Shown in pieces: positions 13,136 through 28,207 of a stretch of DNA of 64,000 nucleotides. A program made the translations under genes and the position numbers. This DNA is from Eledone cirrhosa. Its lineage: Eukaryota. Each line of letters starts with the position of its first letter. Position 1 is the stretch's first letter. The stretch covers positions 176,514,001-176,578,000 of the forward strand of contig OZ024741.1 of the NCBI GenBank assembly GCA_964016885.1, in the 5' to 3' direction. The notes below the pieces were generated by a model. That model ran no database searches. It was not told the DNA's origin and saw nothing but the letters and a program-made list of their open reading frames with translations.

Positions 13136-13277
13136 ATTACGTAGCAGAATTTTCCTAAATGTATTAGGATCAACACGAACTGTTCATTAGGCAATATCAA
13201 CAGGATTGCCACCAAGGTAATTCATACAATATTTTGGTCAGACAAAGATTAAAAAAAAATGGACATTATATTATTTC

Positions 13278-13611
13278 ATTATTTTATCGTACACTTGCCT
13301 TTCATCAAGGGCGGTGAATTGGCAGTATCGGTAGAGGGTTGGACGCCATGCTTTCTAGCATAGTTACGTCCCTTTACAGTCTGAGTTCAAATCCCGCCGA
13401 GGTTAACTTTGCCTTTCATCCTTACGGGGTCGATAAAATAAAGTACCAGTAATGTACTGGATAATTGCTGGCCTTGTGCCTAAAGTAGAAACAATTATTT
13501 TATCGTACACTTGCCTTTCATCCTGACGGGGTCGATAAAATAAAGTACCAGTAAAGAGATAATTGCTGGCCTTGTGCCAAAAGTAGAAACAATTATGTTA
13601 TCGTACACTTG
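13278..13611 (+). mobile_element. Full-length tRNA-SINE nested into a 5'-truncated copy of the same family
   Basis: Full copy at 13309-13493 and 3' half at 13510-13591, with target duplications at 13278-13306, 13494-13522 and 13592-13611. Confidence 0.85.
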
Positions 13612-14083
13612 AAGTTAAAAGCAAAGATGACCCCGAACGGACTTGAAAAGCAATCATTGTCCGACGCTCTAATGAGTCGACGAATCCTACACGCTTATAT
13701 ATAAAAATAAAAATTAAAAGAATAAAAAAAAATGGGCGTAAGTAATTTGGAGATCAAAGTGAATAAGAAAATGTCTAGATCTCGGGGATGGTTTAAATGA
13801 ATTTACATTAGTCGTTTGGATATACCGTCCCATAATCGCAGGTTATCTTCACGCCAATCTACACTGAATTCATCTGGCAATCATCATATAATCCATTTAT
13901 GTGGTGAAATGAAAGTGTGGTTGTTTTGTGAAGAAATATTAGCTTCAATTAAGAGGGTGAATAAGTGACCTTTTGTTTGAAGGACAAGTTTTATCTCATT
14001 GATAAATGAAAAAATAATCACATATATACACGTACGCAAATTCTATCTCATTTTCTCTTCTGTACCTTTACACACACACACAT

Positions 14084-14154
<71 letters not shown>

Positions 14155-14672
14155 TATGTACACGTACATACATATATGAATACAGACGTACAGTAGTATG
14201 TATATATATATACGTACATGCACACATATATGACGATAGCTAATAAGCTTGAAACTAGTACAGCGTTTCTTTGTCAGTATTGAACAAACGAGCAACGGTG
14301 GTTGCTAGACACTACGGCTTAATACGGGATGTTTGTTTACAAACACACCGAGCATTATAATAAATGTTCGGTGAATCCATACGTACATGTATATATGTGT
14401 GCATGTATGTATATATATATATACATATTACTATACGTCTGTATACATATATGTATGTACGTGTACATACTTATATTTAAGTAACAGCCGTACTAAGAGT
14501 GGGAAATGAAATTTCGTTCCATTTTTCCGTTTATATATATATATGTATATATCCATAAAAAATATATATATACATATTACAAAAAGGGTGCGCTAAGATA
14601 CCAGGTGGATCATAACGCACCAGAGTACTCAATACTTAGAATAGTTGAGTGGGTAATAGGAAAAGCGTCAGG

Positions 14673-14769
14673 ACCGTGACGGCTGAGCTCCGGCCATTTC
14701 GACAGCTAGATCCGTGCTAAGCCACCAGTATTAGAGCGGCGGGAATCTACCTGAAATTTATCAAGTGGT
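14673..14769 (-). ncRNA. Degenerate type I hammerhead with U3-A8 core (family C)
   Basis: Reverse strand: ACCAC-TTGATAA-..CAGGTAGATTC..GGATCTAGCTGTC-GAAA-TGGC(CGGAGCTCA)GCCG-TC-ACGGT; homologous to 32402-32495. Confidence 0.6.
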
Positions 14770-15077
14770 ACAGACCATATATGCGCATTCAGTCAAAGTT
14801 AAAAACAACCCCAAAAATCTAAGCAAAAAATCCGAAAAGTTTCTGTTGTTTATCTTGTCTGTCACGGGGAGTGGTCAATGATCTGGGATGTCGTGTACAT
14901 AGTTAAATATATTCATAGCGACGGGCGGGGGGTAAATGGCTGAAATAGAAAGGGGGAATGGGTAAGTTGGCAGAATGACCTTGGTATGCCAAGCCAGTCA
15001 GGCGTGCACGTACGGCACTAAAAGAAATATTATCCTATATAACTATCTCTAGAAACGGTAAACTTCAATTCAAAGGG

Positions 15078-15156
15078 AGAAGAAGAAGAAGAAGAAGAAG
15101 AAGAAGAAGAAGAAGAAGAAGAAGAAGAAGAAGAAGAAGAAGAAGAAGAAGAAGAA
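15078..15156. repeat. (GAA)n microsatellite; a compound (GAA)n(CAA)n tract also lies at 18370-18480
   Basis: Read directly from the sequence. Confidence 0.95.
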
Positions 15157-16084
15157 ACGAGAGAAAGAATAAAATGTCAGCGTGTGAAAGTAGCGTAGTG
15201 CTTAAGTTAGGTTTGCCTAATCTAACACTTGGATAAAAAGCCAAGCATTTATATTTTATTACTAATTCAGTTCCTGATAAACAAATCTAGTTATCAATTC
15301 TGTGCAGGAAGGTTACCTCATACACTAATTTACTTGTTTTTTCTTGTATATTCAAACACCCCAAAACATCAATCTTTTGTCTACTAAGGCGTTGTAGCTA
15401 TCTGTTTGGCCGGTTCCATAGTACTGTATGTATATTTTATCAAAAGTGAAAATATTCCGGGTTTACCTAAGGAACAAAGATTAGGAACTGTTGATATTAG
15501 CGTAAGTATGCAAATATACACTAAGTATATTTAGAAAGTGAAAATAACAAAGAAAAAATTCTATTTCTACCTGAGTATGTTTGGGGTTTCCTAGTTTGTA
15601 ATTGAGAACGAAATAAAACCGAGTTCTACCCATTTGGGTCGCGAGGGGTTTTGAATTGGGATATGTGCTATATATTCTGTGTGTACACGAGGTAACGAGT
15701 TCATCCTTTTTGTTTAACAATTGGTCCTTTGCAAATAGCATCTGGATCGTGTCCTCCGGGCATAAGTTGTACGGGCGGCGTCCTCCCGAGTAAGAATTTG
15801 CCTTGGAAAGTAGGCTCCAACTTAGATGACGGTAGGACACAATTTATGCTCGGAGGAAACGATCCAGGTGTTGTTTGCAAAGGACCAATTGTTAAACAAA
15901 AAGGATGAACTCGTTACCTCTTGTAATGTATTAATTCTTAGTCCGACGGATACCATGTGTATAATATTAATTTTCCTCATATGGACACCCAATTGTGGAG
16001 TACTTAAAGCTGATTACACATAATTCATTGATTGCGAGATATTTAATCAAAAATATAGACATATGCATACATTTCAAACACACA

Positions 16085-16168
<84 letters not shown>

Positions 16169-16189
16169 GGTGTGTGTATGTGTGTGTGT

Positions 16190-16226
<37 letters not shown>

Positions 16227-16733
16227 TGTATATACGCATTAATATAACAGGATTCAGTAAATTACACACATCGCACTACCTGATACAGAAACCATGGTGA
16301 TACACACATGCCTGAGAGGTCACGCTATGGGATCAATGTTAACAATAAGGTGGCGATGTGACCTTCCTAATCCCACATCTACTCCATCGCCAAAATATCG
16401 TTTATAGAGACACAGCATCAATGGGAAAATCGGTGTGATATACAATGATAAATATCTCACGTAATGGACAAATATATCAAATATGAGATGTTATCTTCAG
16501 ATGTAATGTAGAAGATAAGCTAGCGTAGATATATAATTAGATATGAAAATAATAAAATGATGGGAACTATCAAAATGAATATATAATTAGAGAATGAGTG
16601 CTTACTTTCAACACATAGACACACACACAATATAACGCCCACACAAAACATAAACACATTCAGTGTATAATATATCGATTAACAATAACGCTCTCGAAAA
16701 AATATTTTTTCCGTGATATTGACAAAAATTAGG

Positions 16734-16847
<114 letters not shown>

Positions 16848-17003
16848 TTATATATATGTATATATATCTATGTATATATATATAAATATATATATTTATT
16901 ATATATATATGTGTATGTGTGCGTGCGTATGTGTACATGAATATTTATGCAGTATATTTACACATCCCTAACACCACACACACACGCACACGCAGTCACA
17001 CAT

Positions 17004-17052
<49 letters not shown>

Positions 17053-18040
17053 AGATTTTGGTGCATGTATCTACGTCATCAGTGTTACAACAACAACAAC
17101 CATACCTACAATAACAACTGCAGCAAGTTGAACTCTAACAATCGTTACACATATAAATATGTTAACATTTACTGAAAAAAATTATATTAGCGGTAGCGTG
17201 AGAAACAACATTATCAATTATAGATAAATGATAATTCACAACTTCCTATCACCAATGAGAAAATATTCTGTAATATGCTAAAGAAGAAATGAATGCATTA
17301 AATCTTTATATGAAAATGATAAAATATTCATGGGTTCATATGCAATTCTCATTTTAAAATGCTAAGAAACAGCTTTCTCTAGTAATGGACCTTTTATGAA
17401 TTTGATCTAACTGGGGTTCGTTCACTTTCAATGTACCTAAAATATTTTGCATGTCTTCGTGTTAGATTCAACGCGATCTAGGAAAATATCTAAAACAATA
17501 AAGATATAAAATGAAATATTTATTATACCGAATTTTCTGGAAAAACAATCAGTACACATTACAAAATATGGACTCCCAAGTGTACTAAAATATCCTATGA
17601 CAGATGAAAAATAAACTGAACACATTAGATCTAAGTTTAAACAGATATATAAATAAATACAACAATGCATTCATCTGACTGATTAATATATCAATCATAT
17701 AGGACATTGCTAATGATCTCTAAATAAGGTAAAATGCCGGAAATTCGATTGGACGTACTAGTCGATAATATTAACCCCTGAAACTAACTTATACTTCACT
17801 TTACAAAACCCTTATGAATGCAAGTCAATTTCAACGATATTCAGATCTGAAATCGGAACGTAAAGAGCTGCTATAAAAAAGCAAGGATTTTTTTGTCGAC
17901 GCTCTAATAATTTTGACAATCGATAACTATAACATACCCAGTTACACACGCACACACACACACACACACACACAGACACACATACACACACACACACATA
18001 CACACACGCACACACACATACGCACACGTACGCACACACA

Positions 18041-18072
<32 letters not shown>

Positions 18073-18369
18073 GATATATATGTACATGTGCGAATGTGTG
18101 TGTGTGCGTATACATATCGAGATTTAATGAACGGAATGCTCGCCATTTGAAATAGTATTATATCTATATGCGTTACATCAAAATACATATAATTAAACAT
18201 TGAAATACGTAAACAAGCGGGATATAGGAAGCAAGTTAGAACCATCACGACTTTGTAGACGTTTGTGAAGATCTTGTAGATATATGCTTGGCTTGCTCCT
18301 AAGCCCATTATATGAAATGCGATCGTGTGACATAGAAGTCCCGTTCTTGTCTAACGCAATTTAGGGAGC

Positions 18370-18400
<31 letters not shown>

Positions 18401-20687
18401 AGAAGAAGAAGAAGAAGAAGAAGAAGAAGAAGAACAACAACAACAACAACAACAACAACAAGAGCAACAACAATAACAAGAAAAGTTAGTAGTCCAGCAA
18501 ATATTATGTAAAGGAACTTCAGTCATTTGCGTGAGTCTCTAGAGATAGGCATTAAAGTAATTACCTGTTTAATAACCAGAGCTACCTTTGGAATTGGACA
18601 TGGTACACTCAATTAACAATATATATCCCGAGTAGACGAAGTAGATTAATTACCGAAGTGTATCAATACACTATGCTTGACCTAGTCCGAGAATATAGGC
18701 TACTAGTTCATCATTGTATATTATACTTAACGAAATATGTTCTCTGTGGAAGACGTAGACTTATAATGCAAACTTGTATTATCCTAGCTGTGCCCCTTAA
18801 TTCCGACCCCTTAACAGCACCAATACATTATATAACCTAATAATGAGAGCTCTCTATGCTGCCATACAGATGAGAGCGCACATGCGTACAATCCGAATCC
18901 AGATCAATATATTCTTGCACATGACACAAATATATTGATTTTCTCTTTTTAAACTTTTTTATGTCCCACAAATTAGATCTATTAACAATTCTAATCGGGT
19001 TTGATTTATCTTCCAACGTTTCATCATGTGTTTGAGATGATTACCGTAGTTCTTTTTTTGTCTGTCATGTCACAGACACCACGTTGGCTGTTCGATATAA
19101 TAGATCGCTTTAGAAAAGGAAGCGTTGGACATCCATACTGCCATCTTCCGTGGATGAATGGAACGTTCCTTGGAAAGAGCTAAAGATATTCAGAGTGTCA
19201 AATACAAGCATACGACTACCATCCCACTCGTGAATCTAAACGTAGCATGGAAACATGACTGGGGAGCCAGGAAAATTTACCCATCGCCCCGATTCTCCCA
19301 CGGATTTCTTATTTTAAGATATTTTGTTGCAGCGACACAGTAGTTAATCATATACAATCGTTTCTATGTAATGGAATATTCTAATGAAAAATAAGCATTA
19401 GAGAACATTACGTGAAATCCGATAATCACAGAACATCCGGAAATAGCAATACTTTAGATTTAATACAAGTCTAGTATTTTGTTTTAAAGTAATTTATTCT
19501 TCGATTCAATAAACAAAATTGAGAATGATGAAAATATATGATAAAATCCGAAGTCCAATTCTGAAAATTAAAGTTGATTCACCTAAGTGTTATAAAATTG
19601 CAAGCTAAGTATTTTTTTAAAGAACAAAAACAAATAATAGCAATATTAAAATATATATAATCATGTTTATGTAAATATGCTGTCTATTATAATGACTGTT
19701 AGGCTGGTTCCGATCATATGGTTGGATCAGTGGTTGGCGATTGCTTTGAATTGCAATTGGTGGTTGCAAGTCACGTCTGCGATTTTACAAAAGGCCAGTT
19801 ATTTTGGGCGAAGTGCAAGTCCATTAAATATACCTCAGAACTTGAATGGTATTATTTATATCGGTCCGGGGAAGTATGAAAGGCAAAATTGACAGCGACG
19901 GTTTTGGAACGCAGAACGGAAAGAGCGGAACCAAATAGCACAAAGCAATTTTCTGAAACTAAAGATTCTATCAAATATAACAACATATTTCTACATTTCT
20001 CACAAAGTTTTATCTTTCTCTGTCATCTTAAATGCTGAAATGGAAAAATCTTTAAAATTTAATTTGTTTTTTAGAAGATAAATTGATATTTATTCTAAAT
20101 GTTTGTCTGAAAACATGAATTATTTTTAATTTGTATGTCGTATATCCATCACTGGTTTGTGGATAATGCGTAGGGGATGAAGGGAATACTGGAAATTGAA
20201 GGAATATGAGAGAACACACGGATCATAACTGAGTAAGAGATAGAGATATAGAAAGAGAGGGAGGGAGACAGAGAGAAAGAAAGAGAGAGAGAGACCAAAC
20301 GGAGGCCGGCAAATTTGTTATATGTGACAGTGGTTGAAATATATATTAGAAAATATGGATAAAGGTATAATGATGCAAACACACACACGCAAACAAACAC
20401 TTATACGCGCATACCTTTATGTATGTTTGTATATATATGTTTATATATGTTTATATATGTACATTTATATATAAATGCTTATATATGTTTATATGTTTAT
20501 ATATATACATATATATAAATGTTTATATATGTTTATATATGTACATATATGTTTATATATATGTGTTTATATAAATATATATATATGTATATGTTTATAT
20601 ATGTTTATATATATATATGTGTGTATATATATGTATGTGTTTATATATATAGAGAGAGAGATTTATCTTTATATATATATATATATG

Positions 20688-20741
<54 letters not shown>

Positions 20742-20770
20742 TATATATATATGTTTATATATATATACAT

Positions 20771-20845
<75 letters not shown>

Positions 20846-21023
20846 CATCTGAAACATATACATATATATTTGTATATGTGAGAATATTTTTCTGAAGTAA
20901 CATGTGGTATTAAAAACGTAACACTAATGCATTTTTAATAATTTTCTCTCAAGTGTTTCTAGTTTGCAAATTGAGGAAATAGACATTTTGATGTTGTTGA
21001 TGTGCATGCATACAGGCATACTC

Positions 21024-21097
<74 letters not shown>

Positions 21098-21659
21098 ATC
21101 AAACACCATTATGCTCAAGTATTTATTTTTTTCGTTTACATATTGCATTGTATATATTTCTCATTTAGAATTTCCTTCGTTGTGGAAATTTCATTTTCTT
21201 ACAAATTACAGTTTTATGCTTTCTTTGGAAAATGGTATTATCTTTTGGGGGGAATAGTTTCAGCTTTGGTCGTTAAGGGTTTTTTTTAATTGTAGGAGAG
21301 AGACTTTGGGTGTCTTACGCGTCAGTATATTATTTCTCTTCAATTTTTTCAAAATCGGATTTCAAAAATTTCAGAATGTCAGCAAGATTTATTATTTATT
21401 TAAATAGTTTGCTCATGATGTATGTCACTTACTATTATGTTTGCATTTGAGTTCTTAACTTTAACATCAATATTTAATTTAGGCATCACATTTGTGGGAA
21501 GGACAAGCATGATATAATCAAACTGTTTTCATAATTGGTACGTTATTTTATCGACCCCAAAATGATGCAAGTTAAAGTCAACATTGGAACTCTGAATGCG
21601 ATTCGCATTCTAGTAATTTGTATTTCTAAAATATTTATTTTCTTCTCCTTCTTATCATC

Positions 21660-21691
<32 letters not shown>

Positions 21692-21711
21692 CATTATCAT
21701 CATCATCATCA

Positions 21712-22370
21712 TGGGGCGGTCGATTGGCAATATCGGTAGAGAATCAGATACCATGCTTTGCAGCATAGAGTTACGCCCGTTTACGGTCTCAGTTCAAATC
21801 CCGCTGAGGTTAAATTTGCCTTTCATCCTTACGAGGTCGACAAAATAAAATACCAGTTACGCACTGAGATCGATTTAAATAAATTTTCCCTCCCCAAAAC
21901 TGTTGGCTTTGTGCCTATATGAGAAACCATTATTATTATTATCAGAAGGCGGTGAATTGGCAGTATCGGTAGAGGGTCGGACGCCATGCTTTCCAGCATA
22001 GTTACGTTCCTTTACGATCTGAGTTCAAATCCCGCCGAGGTCGACTTTGCCTTTCATCCTTACGGGTTCAATAAAATAAAGTACCAGTAATGCACTAGGT
22101 AATTGCTGGCCTTGTGCCTAAAGTAGAAACAATTATGATTATCATAGGGCGGTAGATTGCCAGTATCGGTAGAGGGTCGGATGTTATGCTTTGCAGCATA
22201 GAATTACGGCCCTTTAAGGTTTCAGTTCAAATCCCATCGAGGTTAACTTTGCCTTTAATCCTTACGGGGGTCGATAAAATAAAGTACCAGTCACGCACTT
22301 GTGTCGATTTAATCGTCTTCCCCCTCCCCCAAAATCGATGGCCTTGTGCCTATATAAGAAACTATTATTA
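21712..22370 (+). mobile_element. Three head-to-tail tRNA-SINE copies (long, short, long variants)
   Basis: Starts at ~21712, ~21946 and ~22146, each with A/B boxes and an (ATT)n tail. The long variant has an extra GTCGATTTAAT..CCCTCCCCAAAA segment. Confidence 0.88.
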
Positions 22371-22499
22371 ATATTATTTTTGTTATTATTATCGCTGATT
22401 CGCGCGGAGCTAATGATGCACAGGGGTATTTATTTATCTGCCAGTCGCAACTATGACCTCAGACAGATAATACTTTTCTCAACATGTGACCAGTACCTA

Positions 22500-23760
22500 G
22501 CAAACCACCTTTTGCATACAAAAGGTATTCCCAGGGGCTTTAAGTAATTTTGAAGTTTCGAATGACCATAATGCGCCCATCACAACTGGTATAACTTTCA
22601 CATTACACTCTTACTTTCTAAATAGTCTTGTTATCTCTACTTTCAATTCAGTGTACTTGGTGATTTTGTCAATCCCCTTACTCGAAATATTCGTGTCATT
22701 TGGTATGGTGACGTCGATGATCTGACAGGTCAAGTCGATGCTATAGGCGAAGACTTGCTCAAGATGGCAGGCAGCGAGACTGAATTAAAAACTACGTGGT
22801 TGTGAAGTAAATTTTCATCATCCAATCATCTGTGGTTTTAAGGTACTGAGTGAGTCCAATGGTCCATATCCTATATGAAATCTGTAGCTGGATCATTCCT
22901 CTTCCTCCACTTTGTCTCGGGAGATTGAGACGATCCATATTTGCCTTTGGGTCATATATTCTATTACAGGTCAACAGTTTCATGATTTTGGTGTCCATTC
23001 ACGTAATTTTATTAATGTTTCAATTTATAATATGAAAAATTGGAGGTGATAACAGGGATTGCAAGCGCATTTATGGAAGATAATTCATTTCGCAAGTTAA
23101 GCTCCGTTTTCATGAGAGCACGTCTCCGTACTCGCCGGTAGCATTCTTTCCTGATTCTCTCTTCCATGCTGGCATGGGGAATATCTGAGACTTCACAGAT
23201 CCCAATATGTCTGTAGGTTTGGTCCTGATCGAGTTCCGTAATTAATATATTCACAGCTATTTCCATCGAAATTGTGCTTGTCATTCTGCCTTCTAGCGGT
23301 GAAAGTTTCCAGTCTAAAATCCTGTTCCACATCATCGCTGAACAACTTGACTGTCATCCAGAGTCCTTCCATTTCATTGTCACTTTTGGCATACAGTTTC
23401 AAGTCATGAACAAAAAACAGGCAAGTAATGGTTTCGATTTTTTTTTGTAGCCATATTTTGTTTTGTTGCCTCTTTTTGTAGTCTTATTTTGTTTTGTTGC
23501 CTCTTTTTCTAGTCTTATTTTGTTTTGTTCACCGCTAAAGACAGCGGTGTGACAGGAATGCAAAATATTAGAGGCGAAAACGAATCTCCTTGAAGAATAC
23601 CATAGTTAATACTTATGCTGCTGGAGTTTATAATTGCGTCACTGTGTGTCAATGATAGGTTTGTATTCCATATAGACATGTTGTATTTCAGGAAGTTTGA
23701 TATTACTGTGAAAATGTTCCGAACATCCAGAGTTTTCAAAATCCATGTGCGGGGAAAACT
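22500..23760 (-). mobile_element. Degenerate R4/Dong-type RLE LINE fragment
   Basis: YGILQGDSFSPLIFCI, LFFVHDLKLYAK, ELDQDQTYRHIG, RIRKECYRRVR, INALAIPVIT, DRLNLPRQSGGRGMIQL; similar to 9326-11090. Confidence 0.85.
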
Positions 23761-23764
23761 GACA

Positions 23765-24110
23765 TTAACTTTGCCTTTCATCCTTACGGGGTCGATAAAA
23801 TAAAGCGCCAGTAACGTACCGGGGTCGATTTAATAAACGTCCCCCTCTCCCAAAATGGGTGGCCTTGTGCCTATATAAGAAACAATTATTATTAAGGGCA
23901 GTGGATTGGCAGAATCGGTAGAGCGTCGGACAACATGTTTTGCTGATTAGAGTTACGCCCTTTGTATTCTGTTTTCAAACCCGCCGAGGTTAGCTTTGAT
24001 TTCAACCTTACGGGATAGATATAATAAAGCACCATTAATTCACTGGGAACGATTTAATCAACTTTCTCCTCCTCCCCAAATTGCTGGCCTTGTGCCTTTA
24101 GTAGACATCG
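23765..24110 (+). mobile_element. SINE 3' half plus a diverged full SINE
   Basis: Family body and tail motifs at 23765-23890 and 23895-24110. Confidence 0.8.
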
Positions 24111-24479
24111 TTGTTTTATTATTAATATTATCATTACCTCGATAAAAACAATTTCATAAGCGATAATACAAAAATATACTGCTAATTTAAAAAAACATGC
24201 ATTAGGTATTTCTGCTTCGCTAAATAACGTAATTACATCGCTTTTATTCTCGTTTCATATAAATAGCTGTATTTCCATTTAAAGTTTTCGCATTTTCGTG
24301 TTATGTCTTTCTGCATTTAAAGTCACTCTTTGCACGTAATGTTTTCGAAATATTTATATCTGCGTCCATGGATTGATATATCTCACTCCTAGAAGATACG
24401 GATTAATGTAGAAATAGATTTATGAAATGGTTAGTCAGTGCTAATAATGATTATTTGCTATGCGGTTGTGTAAATAATC

Positions 24480-24775
24480 TTCTAGATAGCCATATATAGC
24501 TCAGAAATCTGAAGGAAAAGATGAATGCTCTCTTGGTATTCGAAACAAAATGCTTAAAAGCAATGCTTGACGTAACGCGTAGATACGTGATGAGCAATGT
24601 GCATGCACACAGCAAACTGAGAATGACTGAGGTAATTGAAGATGTTGTAATTTCAAGACAGCACAGATAGTTTGGCCATGTAGTCAGGACTCATAAAGAA
24701 CAATTGTTCAGCATGCGACAAGTCAGATTCCACAAACCAGAGACTGAAAGGGAAGCCTCCAAAGAGATCCAATAT
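24480..24775 (+). pseudogene. Highly degenerate RTE-type LINE 3' fragment
   Basis: Translates in pieces as LLVFETKCLKAML..SN..RQHR*FGHVVR..GKPPKR, which is typical of RTE C-termini. Confidence 0.5.
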
Positions 24776-25080
24776 TTATTCAAGACTAGACCACCCGTGA
24801 CCCGTTGGGTCATGTTCACTTTAAAATATTATTTTAAAAATCGTGTTCACTTAAAAATAATTTTTAAATAATAAAAATATGCACAGACATGTATATAATG
24901 TGAAATGAAACTGGAAGGCCTATATATATACGTGAGTGTATGTATATATATGTGTGCGTGTGTGTAAATATATACATATATATGTATGTGTGTGTATATA
25001 TATATATATGTGGATGTCTGTGATCTACATGCACTGGTCATAATCACACACAGATATATATATATATATTCACACACACT

Positions 25081-25146
<66 letters not shown>

Positions 25147-25467
25147 ACAGCACAACCAGCTCTCTTCCATTTTCATTCTCTGTCTCCTCTCCCTCTTTCT
25201 GTCTCTCTTTCAATCTACTCTCTCACAACCACTATCTCTTTCTCTCTATCTGTTTCTCTCTTTGTTTACTTTGCTTATGAGGGCACCAGGAAAAACCCCA
25301 TATGTCGGGAACCCGCGGTCCGATTTACGCGAAATTTGTTTTGTTCCATTTGTATTCCCATTTCAGGGTCAACTTACTTTCAAAGTATTTTCCCATTATG
25401 CACCCTTTTGGCTGTATTACATTACAGATAAGCAAGCAAGCAATCAATCACAGACTTTTAGTATTAT

Positions 25468-25744
25468 ATAAAAATGTATACACCATTCTAATATATATAT
25501 TGCCTGTACAGGTAATCAAAGTGTGTATACATTTTTCGGGGACACCATATATATATATACCGGGGTCCCTAAAAATGTATACGCCATTCTAATATATATA
25601 TTGCCTGTACAGGTAATCAAAGTGTGTATACATTTTTCGGGGACACCATATATTTATACCGGGGTCCCTAAAAATGTATACACCATTCTAATATATATAT
25701 TGCCGGTAGAGGTAATCAAAGTGTGAATACATGTTTCGAGGACA

Positions 25745-25815
<71 letters not shown>

Positions 25816-26522
25816 AGGGTCCCTAAAAGTGTATACACCATTCTAATATATATATTGCCTGTACAGATAATCAAAGTGTGTATACATTTTTCGGGGACAC
25901 CATCTATATATATATACCGGGGTCCCTAAAAATGTATACATCATTCTAATATATATATTGCCTGTACAGGTAATCAAAGTCTGTATACATTTTTCGGGGA
26001 CACCATATATATACCGGGGTCCCTAAAAATGTATACATCATTTTATATATATATTGACTGTACAGGTAATCAAAGTGTGTATGCATTTTTCGGGGACACC
26101 ATATATATACACCGGGGTCCCTAAAAATGTATACACCATTCTAATATATATATTGCCTGTATAGGTAATAAAAGTGTGTATACATTTTTCGGGGACACCA
26201 TATATATACCGGGGTCCCTAAAAATGTATACACCATTCTAATATATATATTGCCTGTACAGGTAATCAAAGTGTGTATACATTGTTCGGGGACACCATAT
26301 ATATATATATATATATATATACCGGGGTCCCTAAAAATGTATACATCATTCTAATATATATATTGCCTGTACAGGTAATCAAAGTGTGTATACTTTTTTC
26401 GGGGACACCATATATATATATATATATATACCGGGGTCCCTAAAAATGTATACACCATCCTAACAAATAATGCATGTATAGGCAATCAAAGTGGGTATAC
26501 ATTTTTGGGGGGACAACCTGTA
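25468..26522. repeat. Tandem array of ~10 units of a ~90-bp Tc1/mariner-type MITE separated by variable (TA)n
   Basis: Unit CCGGGGTCCCTAAAAATGTATACAC...GTGTATACATTTTTCGGGGACACCA has terminal inverted repeats and TA flanks. The last unit ends ..GGGGACAACCTG|TA. Confidence 0.85.
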
Positions 26523-26706
26523 TATACACAAATATGAACATATATATAGAGAGAGAAAGTGTGTGCAAGCAAGCAAGCAAACAATCAAGATCAGAGTTTT
26601 AGTAGTATATAGATAGATACCGCTTCTCATAGTTGAGAGACGAGAAAGAGAACGCGAGTGTGCATTTGATATATACATATATATATTTGTATATATATAT
26701 ATATAA

Positions 26707-26808
<102 letters not shown>

Positions 26809-26906
26809 CATCTACATACATATATACATACACACACACGCGCACGCACAGACATACACACACACACATACACACACACACACATATATATATCTATGTA
26901 TATACA

Positions 26907-27254
26907 TGATGGTTGCCCCCTCGTTATCGAGTATGGTCATTGCACGATATAACATTATTGATAATTATTAATGAATGCTATCGTGCAATACCTGTCTATG
27001 AAGACTTTTTTTAAAGTTAGGAAAGAGTGTGCATTGAGCCAATCCCACTCTTTGAGTGACAGTATCTATAATCCGAAAAGAAGAAAAAATCAAGATCATC
27101 GGTAACTACTGAGCCACAGGTTTTATGACAGAGTTATCAGTTTCCTGAGTTGCCTTCACCTAGAAGAATGCACTGACCATGGATAGGAGTCCTTTACTGC
27201 CAGTGGTTTAACCACGTGATTGGGTATCCAGCCCCATTAATTATGTCGACACGC

Positions 27255-27255
<1 letters not shown>
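26907..27255 (-). mobile_element. Short non-coding interspersed repeat, possibly RTE-UTR-derived SINE
   Basis: Complex sequence between (TA)n tracts; its terminal ~50 bp recur at 41305-41352. The family assignment is a guess. Confidence 0.4.
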
Positions 27256-27888
<633 letters not shown>

Positions 27889-27916
27889 AAAACCACAGAC
27901 CTCCATGTCAACTCTA

Positions 27917-27952
27917 CTTTTGAAAAGCAGAAGAACTGCGAAGCCGGTAAAG
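27917..27952 (+). ncRNA. Minimal type I hammerhead with U3-A8 core (family D)
   Basis: CTT-TTGAAAA-GCAG(AAGAA)CTGC-GAAG-CCGG-TA-AAG. The sister copy at 43310-43345(-) has GAAA. Confidence 0.6.
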
Positions 27953-27956
27953 GAAC

Positions 27957-27994
<38 letters not shown>

Positions 27995-28035
27995 TATATG
28001 TAAGTATGTATGTATGTATGTATTCATTATATTCC

Positions 28036-28077
<42 letters not shown>

Positions 28078-28081
28078 GTAT

Positions 28082-28120
<39 letters not shown>

Positions 28121-28207
28121 GTAGCAGGTGAGTTTTATTGTAGGACAATAAAGCAATGCAAATATCGGATAAGTACCACTCTACAGTTTGTAGGACTGGA
28201 GTATAAA

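Larger units (their letters stand above)
14580..15925 (-). mobile_element. 5'-truncated Penelope-like element (Naiad-type GIY-YIG C-terminus, 3' UTR, hammerhead-bearing pLTR) with an inverted 5' end
   Basis: ORF 15481-15840(-) LSWSLLSKANSYSGGRRPYNLCPE..LLNKKDELVTSCTH parallels the C-termini of the PLEs at 33354 and 43794. 15830-15925 is an inverted copy of 15685-15780. Confidence 0.75.

Noticed and set aside
19050-19350. Acceptor-like pyrimidine tract plus CAG followed by a short open frame
   Set aside because: No recognisable protein and no partner exon; RNA-seq would be needed.
25468-26522. CRISPR-like appearance of palindromic repeats with spacers
   Set aside because: The spacers are only (TA)n, the units are ~90 bp, the context is eukaryotic and there are no cas genes.
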